Origin: Longimicrobiales bacterium
GTDB lineage: Bacteria > Gemmatimonadota > Gemmatimonadetes > Longimicrobiales > Gaopeijiaceae
DNA: 64,000 nt
Direction: 5' to 3'
NCBI GenBank assembly: GCA_965203485.1
Contig: OZ241892.1
Coordinates: forward strand, 3,424,001 to 3,488,000
The first letter of the stretch is position 1. Every line of letters begins with the position of its first letter. The translations under genes and the position numbers were made by a program. Shown here one piece after another: positions 1 through 9,738 of this stretch. The notes under the pieces were generated by a model. It made no database searches, was not told where the DNA came from, and saw nothing but the letters and a program-made list of their open reading frames with translations.

Positions 1-2
1 AG

Positions 3-1277
3 CCGGGCGGACAGATTCAGAACGTCATCTCCGTGGGAATGCTTTCGGAAGGCTGGGACGCCAAGACCGTCACGCACGTCATGGGCCTGCGAGCCTTCGC
101 CAGCCAGCTCCTGTGCGAACAGGTCGTGGGGCGAGGATTGCGCCGAACCGCGTACGAAATCAACGAGGAGACGGGACTGTTCGATCCCGAGTACGTCAAC
201 GTCTTCGGCGTGCCCTTCACCTTCCTGCCTTACGAGCGCCAGGAAGACGCAGTGCCGGCTCCGCCGTCTCCGAAGACGGCCGTGGAGCCCGTTCGCGAGA
301 AGAGCGAGCACGAGATCAGCTGGCCCAACGTGACTCGGGTGGACCGCGCGATTCGCCAACGCTTGGTCGTGGACTGGTCCAAGCTGGAGCCGCTTCGCAT
401 TGACCTGGGCCAAGTCGCCTCGATTGCCGAGTTGGCGCCGGTCGTGGACGGCAAGCCGGACATGACCAAGATCAAGACCATCGACCTGGAGACGCTCGCG
501 GGCGAACAGCGCCTGCAGACCATCGTCTTCAAGACGGCGGCGGAAGTCTACGACGCGATGGCTCTCGACTGGCCCGGCGACCGCACGACACTCCTCGTCC
601 AGCTGGTCCGGCTGACCGAGGACTTCATGCGCTCCGGCCAGATACGCATCGAGCCCCCGTTCTTCGCGAAAGATCCGGCAAAGCGACGTTTGGTCCTAGC
701 CCTCAACATGCGCAAGCTGGTTCGTCATTTGATCGAAGCCGTGCAGTGCCAGAACGCAGAGGAATTGGCGCCGGTGTTCGACAGCGACCGGCCCATCCGA
801 TCCACCGGCGACATGACGACCTGGTACACCGGCAAGCCCTGCGAGCGCACCGAGCGCAGTCACGTCAACGTCTGCGTCTACGACAGCGCATGGGAGAGTT
901 CCGAAGCCTACGCCCTGGACGCCAGCCCGCTCGTCTCCTCCTGGGTCAAGAACGACCACCTCGGCTTCGAGATCTTCTACGTCCACGACGGCGTCGTACG
1001 AAAGTACCGCCCCGACTTCCTGGCACGCCTCGCGTCCGGCATCATGCTCGTGCTCGAGGTCAAGGGCCTGGAGCGGGACCAGGACCGCACCAAGCGGCAC
1101 GCACTCGACGAGTGGGTCCAAGCCGTCAACGCGCACGGCGGCTTCGGTCGTTGGTCCCACGCGGTATCGAGAAGTCCGGGCGACGTGCATGCCATCCTGG
1201 TGGCGGCCAACGTCGAGCGTGGGGACCCGGAGCCCCAGGGCACCGGCTTCATGAAGGGCGAGCTTCAAGTCCCCTAG
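3..1277 (+). CDS. Type III restriction enzyme Res subunit-like protein, C-terminal part (5' truncated by window edge)
   Basis: Helicase motif V/VI region MLSEGWDA...EQVVGRGLRR. C-terminal PD-(D/E)XK motif YRPDF...VLEVKG, with SWVKNDHLGF. The frame is open from position 3. Confidence 0.85.
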   Translation, partial: PGGQIQNVISVGMLSEGWDAKTVTHVMGLRAFASQLLCEQVVGRGLRRTAYEINEETGLFDPEYVNVFGVPFTFLPYERQEDAVPAPPSPKTAVEPVREKSEHEISWPNVTRVDRAIRQRLVVDWSKLEPLRIDLGQVASIAELAPVVDGKPDMTKIKTIDLETLAGEQRLQTIVFKTAAEVYDAMALDWPGDRTTLLVQLVRLTEDFMRSGQIRIEPPFFAKDPAKRRLVLALNMRKLVRHLIEAVQCQNAEELAPVFDSDRPIRSTGDMTTWYTGKPCERTERSHVNVCVYDSAWESSEAYALDASPLVSSWVKNDHLGFEIFYVHDGVVRKYRPDFLARLASGIMLVLEVKGLERDQDRTKRHALDEWVQAVNAHGGFGRWSHAVSRSPGDVHAILVAANVERGDPEPQGTGFMKGELQVP

Positions 1278-1462
1278 GATTTCGATCAGATGGGCCAGGA
1301 GGTCATCCTGGACGCTTTCGAAGGACGCGGGTGAGGATCCTCCTCGACACGCACGTCTTGCTGTGGGCCGCCGCGGGCGACGACCGGCCCCCAAGTCCCC
1401 TAGCGTGCGGCGCGTCCGGCGGAAGATCTCGACCGCCGCCGAGATGGCCAAGCGGGTGGTGA
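1225..1462 (+). pseudogene. Degraded type II TA pair: Phd/YefM-type antitoxin C-terminus plus truncated VapC/PIN toxin N-terminus
   Basis: GFMKGELQVP*DFDQMGQEVILDAFEG (in-frame TAG at 1275-1277, TGA at 1332-1334) resembles a Phd-type antitoxin tail. An overlapping GTG at 1331 starts MRILLDTHVLLWAA, a classic VapC start, and similarity is lost after about 20 codons. Confidence 0.7.
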
Positions 1463-1618
1463 AGGATGAGGCATGGAGGCCAACGGGCCGTCCTCTCGGT
1501 CCGAAGTGCGAATCCCGACGTTGCGGACCGGTGATCCTGCGATAGATTTGTGGACCGACGATCGTGGTCTTTTGCCTCGCGTGCACTCGAAGCGCAAGAC
1601 CGAATCCAAAGAAGGAAC

Positions 1619-2992
1619 GGCTCTTCCCCTGTTTCGGTGGGCGTCGTAGGATGGACGGGAGTGGCGGCGTGACTCTGGGAGCGAGGAGAGCGGATGGAAC
1701 TGCGGGAGTGGGTGAAGCGGCTGATGGGTTTGGGTCCGGAGTGGCGGATCGAGCGGGTGGACGAGGATTCGGAGCGGCAGGAAGCGCGGGTGGTGCTGGC
1801 GCGCAGGGCGGGTTCGGCGTTGCGGTGTCCAGAGTGCGGGCGTGCGTGTCCGGGCTACGACGCGCGGCGGCGGGAGTGGCGGGGCTGGACGCATGGGGAT
1901 ACAAGACGTTCGTGGTGTACGACGTGCCTCGGGTGGAATGTCCGGAGCACGGGGTGGTGACGACGCGGGTGCCGTGGGCGGAGGGGCGGTCGAGATACAC
2001 GGCGGCGTTCGAGTCGCTGGCGATCGGTTGGCTTCGCGAGGCGAGCGTGCTGGCGGTCTCGCGGCGGCTGCGCTTGAGCTGGACGGCGGTCGACGGGATC
2101 ATGGAGCGGGCGGTGCGGCGGGGCTTGGCGCGGCGCGAGACGCGCGTGGTGCGGCGGTTGAGCGTGGACGAGACGTCGTTCAAGCGGGGCCACCAGTACG
2201 TGACGGTGGTGTCGGACTCGGACACGAAGGACGTGTTGCACGTGGCGCCGGGCCGAAGCCGAGAAGCGCTGGAGGCGTTCTACCGCAAGGTGGGCAAGCG
2301 GCGGCTGGCGGCGGTCGAGAGCGTGTCGATGGACATGTGGCGGCCCTACGTGGCGGCGACGGAGGCGTGGGTGGCCGGCGCGCGCAGCAAGACGGCGTTC
2401 GACCGCTTTCACGTGGCCAAGCATCTGGGCGACGCGGTGGACAAGGTGCGGCGCGCCGAGCACAAGGAGCTGCAGGCCGAGGGCAACGCCGTGCTGGCGG
2501 GCACGCGCTGGCAGTGGCTCCGGGGCGCTCGCAAGAAGACGCGCGGCGAGAAGCTGGCGTTCGCCGAGTTGCGCAAGAGCGTCGAGCGCACGTCGGAGGC
2601 CTGGGCGCTCAAGGAAGCGGCGTCGAAGCTGTGGGGATACCGCAGCCGCGGCTGGGCGGAGTCGGCATGGCTGCGCTGGCTGCAATGGGCGTCGGCCTGC
2701 GGGCTCGCGCCGGTCAAGAAGGCGGCCGCGATGGTCCGGACGCACCTGTGGGGCATCGTCAACGCCGTCGTGCTCAACGCCACCAACGGCCCGGCCGAGG
2801 GCGTCAACAGCCGCATCCAAGCCGTCAAGGCCCGGTGCCGCGCCTTCCGCAACCAGGACCGCTTCGCCGCCGCCATCCTCTTCCACCTCGGCGGCCTCGA
2901 CCTCTCTCCGCGCCCTGCCCAGCTGTGAGTTGCCGTGGCCGGCCCCCTGCCCGCTCCGATTCCACACCCCCCACCACATCAGGCGAAGAGCC
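1619..2992 (+). mobile_element. ISL3-family insertion sequence, full length (1374 bp) with 8-bp target-site duplication
   Basis: IRL GGCTCTTCCCCTGTTTCGGTGGG starts at 1619. IRR, read as reverse complement, is GGCTCTTCGCCTGATGTGGTGGG and ends at 2992. Direct repeat GAAGGAAC lies at 1611-1618 and 2993-3000. Confidence 0.95.
1694..2928 (+). pseudogene. ISL3 transposase with a -1 frameshift near 1881-1884
   Basis: The N-terminal zinc finger CPECG...EWR is in one frame. LDAWG...VPRVECPEHG, SVDETS, SMDM, DRFHV and NGPAEGVNSRIQ are in another. The junction is at GGGG 1881-1884. Confidence 0.85.
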
Positions 2993-3058
2993 GAAGGAAC
3001 ATTCCGAGTTGCACGCGCATCGGCTTCATGGAGCGCGAGATACGGATGCAAGCAAGCG

Positions 3059-5893
3059 ATGGACAAAATGACCCAAGTTGCAAACACTGAATGGCTCTAT
3101 CCGGGCGCGCGGTGGTGGAAATTTGATTTCCATGCCCATACACCGGCATCCAGTGACTACGGAAAAGGCTCCAACCAGGATTCCTTGAAACGCATCACGC
3201 CTAGGGATTGGCTCCTCGGCTTCATGCGCGCCGCCGTCGACTGCGTGGCGGTCACCGATCACAACTCGGGAGAATGGATTGATCTCCTGAAGAGGACATA
3301 CGACGACTTGCAACAACAAGATGCGCCGGGTTACCGCCCTTTATTTCTGTTTCCGGGGGTAGAGATCACGGCCAATGGTGGCATCCATGTTCTCGCGGTG
3401 CTAGACGTCGACAAGGGCTCTGCCGACGTTGCCGCACTGCTTGGCTCGGTCGGATATGAGGGTGACCAGGGCAGGAGCGACCATGCGGCTAGAGAGTCGA
3501 CCATTAAGGTTGTGGAACGTATCGCCGCCGCCGGTGGAATTCCTATTCTTGCACACGTCGACAAACCCTCCGGAGCTTGGCAACTACCCGGTAATACCGT
3601 GGCACCTCTGTTTGACGCCGACGACTTGTTTGCAATGGAAGTGTGTGACCCTGGAAGGACTTTCGAACTTTACCGTCAAAGAAAACTGGCGTGGGCCGAG
3701 GTTCTCGGATCCGATTCACATCATCCGGATGGACAAGCAGGCTCTCGGTTCCCCGGGTCTCATTATACTTGGGTGAAGATGGCAAAGCCATCGCTTGAAG
3801 GACTACGCTTGGCATTACTGGATGGTGGTGGCTTTTCGATTCGCCGAAGCGATCATCCAAAAACCTTCGACCCGTTCGACGTACCCAAGCATTACATCAA
3901 ATCCATTAAAATTTCAAACGCGCGATACATGGGATGTGGCAACTCGGTCAGATTCGATTTCAACCCGTGGCTTAACGCTTTGGTCGGCGGTCGCGGTACC
4001 GGCAAGTCAACCGTGATCCATGCAATGAGACTCGTGGCAAGGCGTGAGCGTGAGCTGGAGGCTCTGGAAGAACACAGTGAGCCTCTCTCGACTTTTAGGA
4101 GATTCAAGCGGATACCTAGAGATCGCACCGACAAGGGTGGCTTGAAGGAATCAACGAAGATCGCGTCGTGTATGATGCGCGACGGTGTGCTCCATCGGTT
4201 GCATTGGCGCTGGGATGTTAGCGGTACGATCGTGGAAGAGCATACACGCGAAGGTTGGCAAGCGTCACCTGCCCAGACGGTCACGCCTCAGCGCTTTCCG
4301 CTTCGCATGTTCAGCCAGGGACAGATCGCGGCGCTGGCAGGAGACGATCAGCGCGCCTTGTTGCAGGTTATAGATGAGGCGGCGAACGCGATCACGCTTC
4401 GACAAGACCTGGCGATTGCTTGCACCGAATTCTATACGACCAGAGCACGAATCCGGGACATCGACGGCAAGTTACGTTGCCGCGATGATCTCGTGGTGCA
4501 GCAACGGGACGTGGAGCGAAAACTGAAACGCTTTGAGGAAACGGAGCATATCGAAGTCCTAAAGGATTACCGGCGTCGTGACCGACAGCGAGCCAAAGCA
4601 GATCAGCAGTTTGAGACGGCAGAGGCGGCAGCTAGTCGAATTGAGCAAACTGCAGAAGCGCTGGTACTAGATGATCTCCCTGAAGGGATGTTCACTGATG
4701 ATTCGAAGGCAGATCAGCAGATAGCCGCCGCCATGACCGCTCTAGCTGTTGTCGTACGTGATGTAGCTCAGGACTTGCATCACGTCGCAGACCGTATGCG
4801 CGAGCTGCTTGCGACGCGACGTGAGGAGTTGGCCCAAGGCGCATGGCCAGCAGCAGTAGCAAGTGCCGAGAAAAAGTACCAAGATCTAATTGCGGCATTG
4901 CGCAAGGAAGGCGTTACCGATCCGAGAGAATACGGTCGTTTAGTGCAGGAGCGTCAACGGCTTGATAGCGAACTCGCTCGTCTGGATTCCGTACAGGCAG
5001 AGCGCGACAGATTGGTCGAAAAAGCTCGATTTTTGCTTGAAAATGTGACGAAGGCTCGTCGTGCATTGAGTCATGGACGTGATCAATTTCTAGAAGCCAC
5101 GCTAGCCGATAACAGCTTCGTGCGTATCCGAAGCCTGCATTATGGGGACGACCCTCGAGCCATCGAACGCTCTCTGCGCGATGCATTGGGGGTGTCGGAT
5201 CACTTCGAAGGCGACATTCTAGTTCTAGAGGATGATCGTGCAAGCAAAGGTTGCATCGCCGACCTTCTCAAGGAGTTGCCTGAAGAGTCGGATCGACGAA
5301 GCCAAGAAATGGAAGAGCGCATCAAACGGATTAGGGATCGAATCCACAAGGCTGGAAAAGGCAACGGTGACTTTGGTCAACGTTTCAACAAGCATTTGGC
5401 AATAAAATACGAAAAGAATCCAGAAATCTTTGACAAAATCCAGACTTGGTTTCCCGAAGACGGATTCCTCGTGGAATACAGTCGTCTAGGAGACGGAGAG
5501 GATTTTCAGCCGATTGGCCATGCCTCTGCAGGACAGCGGTCGGCGGCGATGCTTGCCTTTCTTCTCGCTCATGGCGAAGAACCGCTCGTGCTGGATCAGC
5601 CGGAGGACGATCTGGACAATCACCTGATCTATGATCTCGTGGTGCGGCAGATTCGAGAGAACAAGCTCAGGCGACAGATTATTGTAGTGACGCACAATCC
5701 TAATATCGTGGTGAACGGAGATGCGGAAATGGTATATGCACTCGATTTTCGGCGTGGCAACTGCATCATTGCTCAATCGGGATCGCTACAAGAGAAAGAA
5801 ATGCGTGAAGAGGTTTGCCGGATCATGGAAGGTGGACGAGAAGCATTTGTGCGTCGCTACCGGAGGTTGGGGAAGGAACCGCGTAATGTTTGA
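3059..5893 (+). CDS. PHP-domain + coiled-coil ABC/SMC-like ATPase (TrlF/Ppl-like anti-phage protein)
   Basis: PHP motifs DFHAHT, TDHN, GVEI, AHVD, GSDSH. Walker A GGRGTGKS, signature SAGQ, Walker B LDQPEDDLD, H-loop VTHNP. The start (ATG 3059 or 3068) is placed outside the IS. Confidence 0.88.
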   Translation: MDKMTQVANTEWLYPGARWWKFDFHAHTPASSDYGKGSNQDSLKRITPRDWLLGFMRAAVDCVAVTDHNSGEWIDLLKRTYDDLQQQDAPGYRPLFLFPGVEITANGGIHVLAVLDVDKGSADVAALLGSVGYEGDQGRSDHAARESTIKVVERIAAAGGIPILAHVDKPSGAWQLPGNTVAPLFDADDLFAMEVCDPGRTFELYRQRKLAWAEVLGSDSHHPDGQAGSRFPGSHYTWVKMAKPSLEGLRLALLDGGGFSIRRSDHPKTFDPFDVPKHYIKSIKISNARYMGCGNSVRFDFNPWLNALVGGRGTGKSTVIHAMRLVARRERELEALEEHSEPLSTFRRFKRIPRDRTDKGGLKESTKIASCMMRDGVLHRLHWRWDVSGTIVEEHTREGWQASPAQTVTPQRFPLRMFSQGQIAALAGDDQRALLQVIDEAANAITLRQDLAIACTEFYTTRARIRDIDGKLRCRDDLVVQQRDVERKLKRFEETEHIEVLKDYRRRDRQRAKADQQFETAEAAASRIEQTAEALVLDDLPEGMFTDDSKADQQIAAAMTALAVVVRDVAQDLHHVADRMRELLATRREELAQGAWPAAVASAEKKYQDLIAALRKEGVTDPREYGRLVQERQRLDSELARLDSVQAERDRLVEKARFLLENVTKARRALSHGRDQFLEATLADNSFVRIRSLHYGDDPRAIERSLRDALGVSDHFEGDILVLEDDRASKGCIADLLKELPEESDRRSQEMEERIKRIRDRIHKAGKGNGDFGQRFNKHLAIKYEKNPEIFDKIQTWFPEDGFLVEYSRLGDGEDFQPIGHASAGQRSAAMLAFLLAHGEEPLVLDQPEDDLDNHLIYDLVVRQIRENKLRRQIIVVTHNPNIVVNGDAEMVYALDFRRGNCIIAQSGSLQEKEMREEVCRIMEGGREAFVRRYRRLGKEPRNV

Positions 5894-7148
5894 CAGCCGG
5901 AAGGAATTGCTGGACAAGATCCGCCTTGGGGAAGACACGTTCCTGGAATACAAGGAGGCTCGCTTTGCCGGCGGACGCATGACAGAACCTCGCCGCAGTT
6001 CGCTTGCGGACGAGCTTGCCGCGTTTGCCAACAGCCGCGGGGGTGTCTTTGTCCTTGGCGTGGACGACAAGACACGCGATATATTGGGTATTCCGATCGA
6101 ACGCCTCGACGTGGCTGAACGCTTTGTCCATGAGCTGTGCCATGACTCCATTGATCCGCCCATTGCTCCCGTCATTGAGCGCCTAGAGTTGCCCACCATG
6201 ACGGGTGACGAGGTAGCAGTCGTCAAGGTCGATGTGCCTCGTAGTCTGTTCGTGCATCGAAGCCCCGGCGGCTTCCTGCACCGTGTTGGCAGCGCCAAAC
6301 GAACGATGTCTTCCGAATACCTTGCTCGCTTGTTTCAGCAACGAAGCCAATCCCGTCTCATTCGGTTTGATGAACAGGTCGTTGCTGGCGACGCTACATT
6401 GGACGAACTGGAGATGGAAATTTGGAGACGATTGCGTACGCCGCGATCTCCGAATGAGCGGGAGCGTTTTCTGACGAAACTTCACATGGCACGTATCGAC
6501 GACGAGGGCACGCCCAGGCCCACGGTTGCGGGCGTGCTGATCGCTGCTGCGGATGGTCGACGTTGGTTGCCGAATGCGTACATTCAAGCGGTCGCCTACC
6601 GAGGCACGTCGATCACGGTCGACTCGTCAAGTAGTCCGTACCAATTGGACGCCGCGGACATCCATGGCCCGCTCGACGCCCAGGTTGTGGACGCTTGCCG
6701 GTTTGTCGCGAAGAACATGAAGACGGCGGGCTTCAAGGACCAGGGACGTCTGGATCGACCGCAGTTCGACATGTCCGCGGTCTTCGAAGCCGTCGTCAAC
6801 GCCGTGGCGCACCGGGACTATTCGATCTACGGTTCGAAGATTCGGTTGCGGATGTTCGACGATCGTTTGGAGCTCTATTCTCCCGGCGCGATTCCGAATT
6901 CGATGGACATCGGCGATCTCGACGACCTGCAATCGACCAGAAACGATGTCATTGCCAGCTTGCTGGCCAAGATGCCGGTACCCGATCTGGCTTGGCTGAC
7001 CACTCGTCGCCGGACGATGATGGACCGACGCGGCGAGGGCGTGCGGATCATCTTGGACAACAGCGAAAGACTTTCCGGCAGGACGCCCGATTATCGGCTG
7101 ATCGGTAGCGAGGAGCTCCTGCTGACGATCTACGCGCCTTCCACGTGA
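5886..7148 (+). CDS. Schlafen/AlbA_2 domain protein with RecG-C-terminal-like (HATPase_c_4) domain
   Basis: GEDTFLEYKE...AFANSRGGVFVLGVDD (AlbA_2). EAVVNAVAHRDY, LELYSPG, RNDVIA, RRGEG (HATPase_c_4-type). ATG overlaps the upstream gene end by 8 nt. Confidence 0.88.
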   Translation: MFDSRKELLDKIRLGEDTFLEYKEARFAGGRMTEPRRSSLADELAAFANSRGGVFVLGVDDKTRDILGIPIERLDVAERFVHELCHDSIDPPIAPVIERLELPTMTGDEVAVVKVDVPRSLFVHRSPGGFLHRVGSAKRTMSSEYLARLFQQRSQSRLIRFDEQVVAGDATLDELEMEIWRRLRTPRSPNERERFLTKLHMARIDDEGTPRPTVAGVLIAAADGRRWLPNAYIQAVAYRGTSITVDSSSSPYQLDAADIHGPLDAQVVDACRFVAKNMKTAGFKDQGRLDRPQFDMSAVFEAVVNAVAHRDYSIYGSKIRLRMFDDRLELYSPGAIPNSMDIGDLDDLQSTRNDVIASLLAKMPVPDLAWLTTRRRTMMDRRGEGVRIILDNSERLSGRTPDYRLIGSEELLLTIYAPST

Positions 7149-7280
7149 CGGCGGTGAAGAAGCGAAGACGTCTGCCGTTGTCGGCGCCCCACGGTACTTT
7201 TCATGACCTTCGTGACCCGACAATGAGCGTTGGCGAGAGCCTGCTGGTCATGAACAGCGTCCCGGAAAAGTTGCGTGGAT

Positions 7281-8843
7281 TCACCGCCGCCTCCACGCCT
7301 CGATCTGTTCTTCCAAGCGTCCCACGAACGCGGCCATTCCGCCGCCGCCGCCGCGCTCCGCCTCCTGTCGTCCCACGAGGCGCGCCATGTCCGGTGCTGT
7401 GCGCTCCAGGTCGTTGCAGAACGCCTCCAGCATACCCTTGGCCGCGTCTGCGCTCTGCTGCACGCCGCCTTCGAACAGCGCCTCGATCTCGCGGAGGCTC
7501 GCGCGCATTGCCGATTCGGTCGTGCCCAACAACGGAGCGTAGTCCTCCGGCCTTCGCCTGAGCATGCGCCATGCCCACGCCTCCGGCGGTCCGTCTCCCG
7601 GCAAGAACAGCGGCTTGATGGGGTGGCCGAACTCCTCCGCCGCCTTGACGATCGCGCTCTCCTTGATCCGGGAGTCTCCGTCCAGAACGATCACGAAGTC
7701 CCATAGCTTGTCGAACTTGCCGAGCGTGCGCACGTGGGCCGGGAACTCGTCGCGCCCGGTGTTGCGGCCGATGACGAAGTCGTCGTGGCGCAGATCCATC
7801 CGAACTACCAGGACGTCCAGGATGCCCCGGATCACTCCCGCGGCGACGGCGTCCTCGCAGAGGATCGACAGCTGGGCACGGGACTGTCCGTAGAGCGCTT
7901 TCTGGAAGATGTCGCGATAGGGAGGCCCGACGGCGACTTCACCCGTGCGCTCGTCGCGCTCCAGAACGATCCGGCCCTCGAGCGGCACGCTCTCCAGCAC
8001 GACGGGGCTGTGCGTCGCGACGACGATCTGGAGCTTCCGGCGCAAGGCCAGGCGCTGAAGTTCCAGCATGAGCAGCTGCTGGGCGTGCGGGTGCAGGCCG
8101 GCTTCGACTTCGTCGATCAGAACGAGCGCCCTGTCGAGAAGGGAAAGGTCCTTGGAGATACGCAATATCGTCCGTTCGCCCGACGACATGTGCAGCTCCG
8201 AGTACTTCGCGGGCGGATCGCCCTTCACCTCGGCAAAGAGCAGATCCCGGCCCTCTCTGGACGCCAGCGCCACGCGGCGGTATTCCCAGGGAAGCACGCG
8301 ATGGGCCAGCACGAGCACGCTGGCCGGCACCATCTCCTCCTTGAAGGGCTCGCGGCCCATCCCCAGCAACGCGCGAGCCTCGGCCGAGCGGCTGGTCAGG
8401 TTGGCCAGAGTGCGCAGGTAGACGCCGCGCTCGGGCATTTCGCCATGTGAGTTCGGGCTGCTCCAGGCTCTGTCGCGGCGCGTCCAGGCCACGTCGAACC
8501 GCTTGCCTTTGGCGGTCCCCCCAAGCTCCAGCTCCGTCTCCGCCGCCTCGTCAGCCAGCCTGGCCAGATGGCCTGTGAAGTCCGGAAACACGTCGGCGGG
8601 CCCAAAGCCCGACGCTCCGCCCAGGGGCGCGTCGTATGCGCACGCGCAGGCGAACAGCAACGTGGACTTGCCGCAACCGTTCGCTCCCACGACGACGGAC
8701 ACGGGGTAGGGAAACCGCACCTCCAGTTCCCGAATCCCGCGAAGGCTGCGGATGCGGACGAAGTCCAGCGAGTCGGGCCTCTGGGCCGCGTCGGCCCGGA
8801 GAGCGTCCCAGACCTCCGCGAGTTGCTTGGCGATCAGAGACAC
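7281..8843 (-). CDS. ABC-ATPase + TOPRIM protein (OLD-family-like nuclease)
   Basis: Walker A GANGCGKS, signature MSSGE, Walker B LIDEVEAGLHP, ATHSP. Followed by TOPRIM-like ILCED and VLDGD. Confidence 0.8.
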   Translation of the reverse strand: MSLIAKQLAEVWDALRADAAQRPDSLDFVRIRSLRGIRELEVRFPYPVSVVVGANGCGKSTLLFACACAYDAPLGGASGFGPADVFPDFTGHLARLADEAAETELELGGTAKGKRFDVAWTRRDRAWSSPNSHGEMPERGVYLRTLANLTSRSAEARALLGMGREPFKEEMVPASVLVLAHRVLPWEYRRVALASREGRDLLFAEVKGDPPAKYSELHMSSGERTILRISKDLSLLDRALVLIDEVEAGLHPHAQQLLMLELQRLALRRKLQIVVATHSPVVLESVPLEGRIVLERDERTGEVAVGPPYRDIFQKALYGQSRAQLSILCEDAVAAGVIRGILDVLVVRMDLRHDDFVIGRNTGRDEFPAHVRTLGKFDKLWDFVIVLDGDSRIKESAIVKAAEEFGHPIKPLFLPGDGPPEAWAWRMLRRRPEDYAPLLGTTESAMRASLREIEALFEGGVQQSADAAKGMLEAFCNDLERTAPDMARLVGRQEAERGGGGGMAAFVGRLEEQIEAWRRR

Positions 8844-9307
8844 GACGCCCGCCCCGTTGCCGCGGCCTCTCTTCTTGTCCTCGCCGCTGCGTCCACGCCC
8901 GTGGCGGCGGCCTTGAGGAATTCGTGCTTGTCCATGAGCGGGCTCTCGTCTTGTGGGTGATGGCGTTGATCAGGCGCTCGTGGAGGTGGAAGATCGTCGG
9001 CAACCCAAGCCTCTGCTCGGCGGACGTGCGGACGAAGAACGTGAGTTCGTGGCCGATCGTGATCGGATGGCCGCCGCCAGCATCTCGGGCACCTGCGGTA
9101 GCGGGTTGAAGATACTGCCGCGGCGCCCGGCCGGCTATGCGGGCGGCGGCGTTGCGGAGTCGAACGGGGCGGCCAACGATCTCGATCCACCCCATGTCGG
9201 GGGTCAAGGGGTCGGCGAGCACGCAGGCCGTGGAAGGTCCAGCGCACCGGCATGACGGGCACCAAGCGCCATGTTCGGTATCCGGAAACTGTGAGACGGA
9301 TCTAAAT

Positions 9308-9736
9308 CTATGGACAAAGATCCCGTGTCAACAAGCGTTTGTGGCTCGCGTTCTTGTATATGCTTCCGTTGGTCAGTCTCTTGAAGTCTTCTCCCAGATT
9401 CCTGTCTCTGGTGACAAGCACACGCACTCGGCTTGCGATCGCTAGAGCCAGAAGGTGCGGATCGTTTGATTTTATCTTTCCGAGAGTCTTCTCTTCCCTG
9501 TCAACCAAGGCTGACGGAACAGTCTTGACGCGGCCCGCTTGCAACAAAGCTGTGAATTTGCGACCGAATTTGGCATGCTTGCGAATCTCCTTCTTGATGG
9601 CCGTTGTTGGCGAATATACGAGCTTGCCTTTGGGCCTCATTCCTTTCGCTCCCTCAAGCCAACGAAGAACCGGTTGCATGTCGCTTGTTCCGTTCATATA
9701 TTCGCTAAACACATTCGCGTCCAAGATGATGCACAT
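9308..9736 (-). CDS. PIN-domain protein (putative RNase)
   Basis: MCIILDANV...KKEI...SNDPHLLALA...LVTRDRNLGED, the acidic pattern of PIN domains. Starts 2 nt after the ATPase stop. Confidence 0.75.
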   Translation of the reverse strand: MCIILDANVFSEYMNGTSDMQPVLRWLEGAKGMRPKGKLVYSPTTAIKKEIRKHAKFGRKFTALLQAGRVKTVPSALVDREEKTLGKIKSNDPHLLALAIASRVRVLVTRDRNLGEDFKRLTNGSIYKNASHKRLLTRDLCP

Positions 9737-9738
9737 TA

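Noticed and set aside
1870..1895. Programmed -1 frameshift in the transposase
   Set aside because: There is no X XXY YYZ slippery heptamer, and ISL3 transposases are normally single ORFs. Mutation or sequencing error is more likely.
2930..3058. ORF-track start of the PHP-ATPase at 2930 (and of the nuclease at 32480)
   Set aside because: These extensions begin inside the ISL3 right ends. Downstream ATGs (3059/3068 and 32516) fit better.
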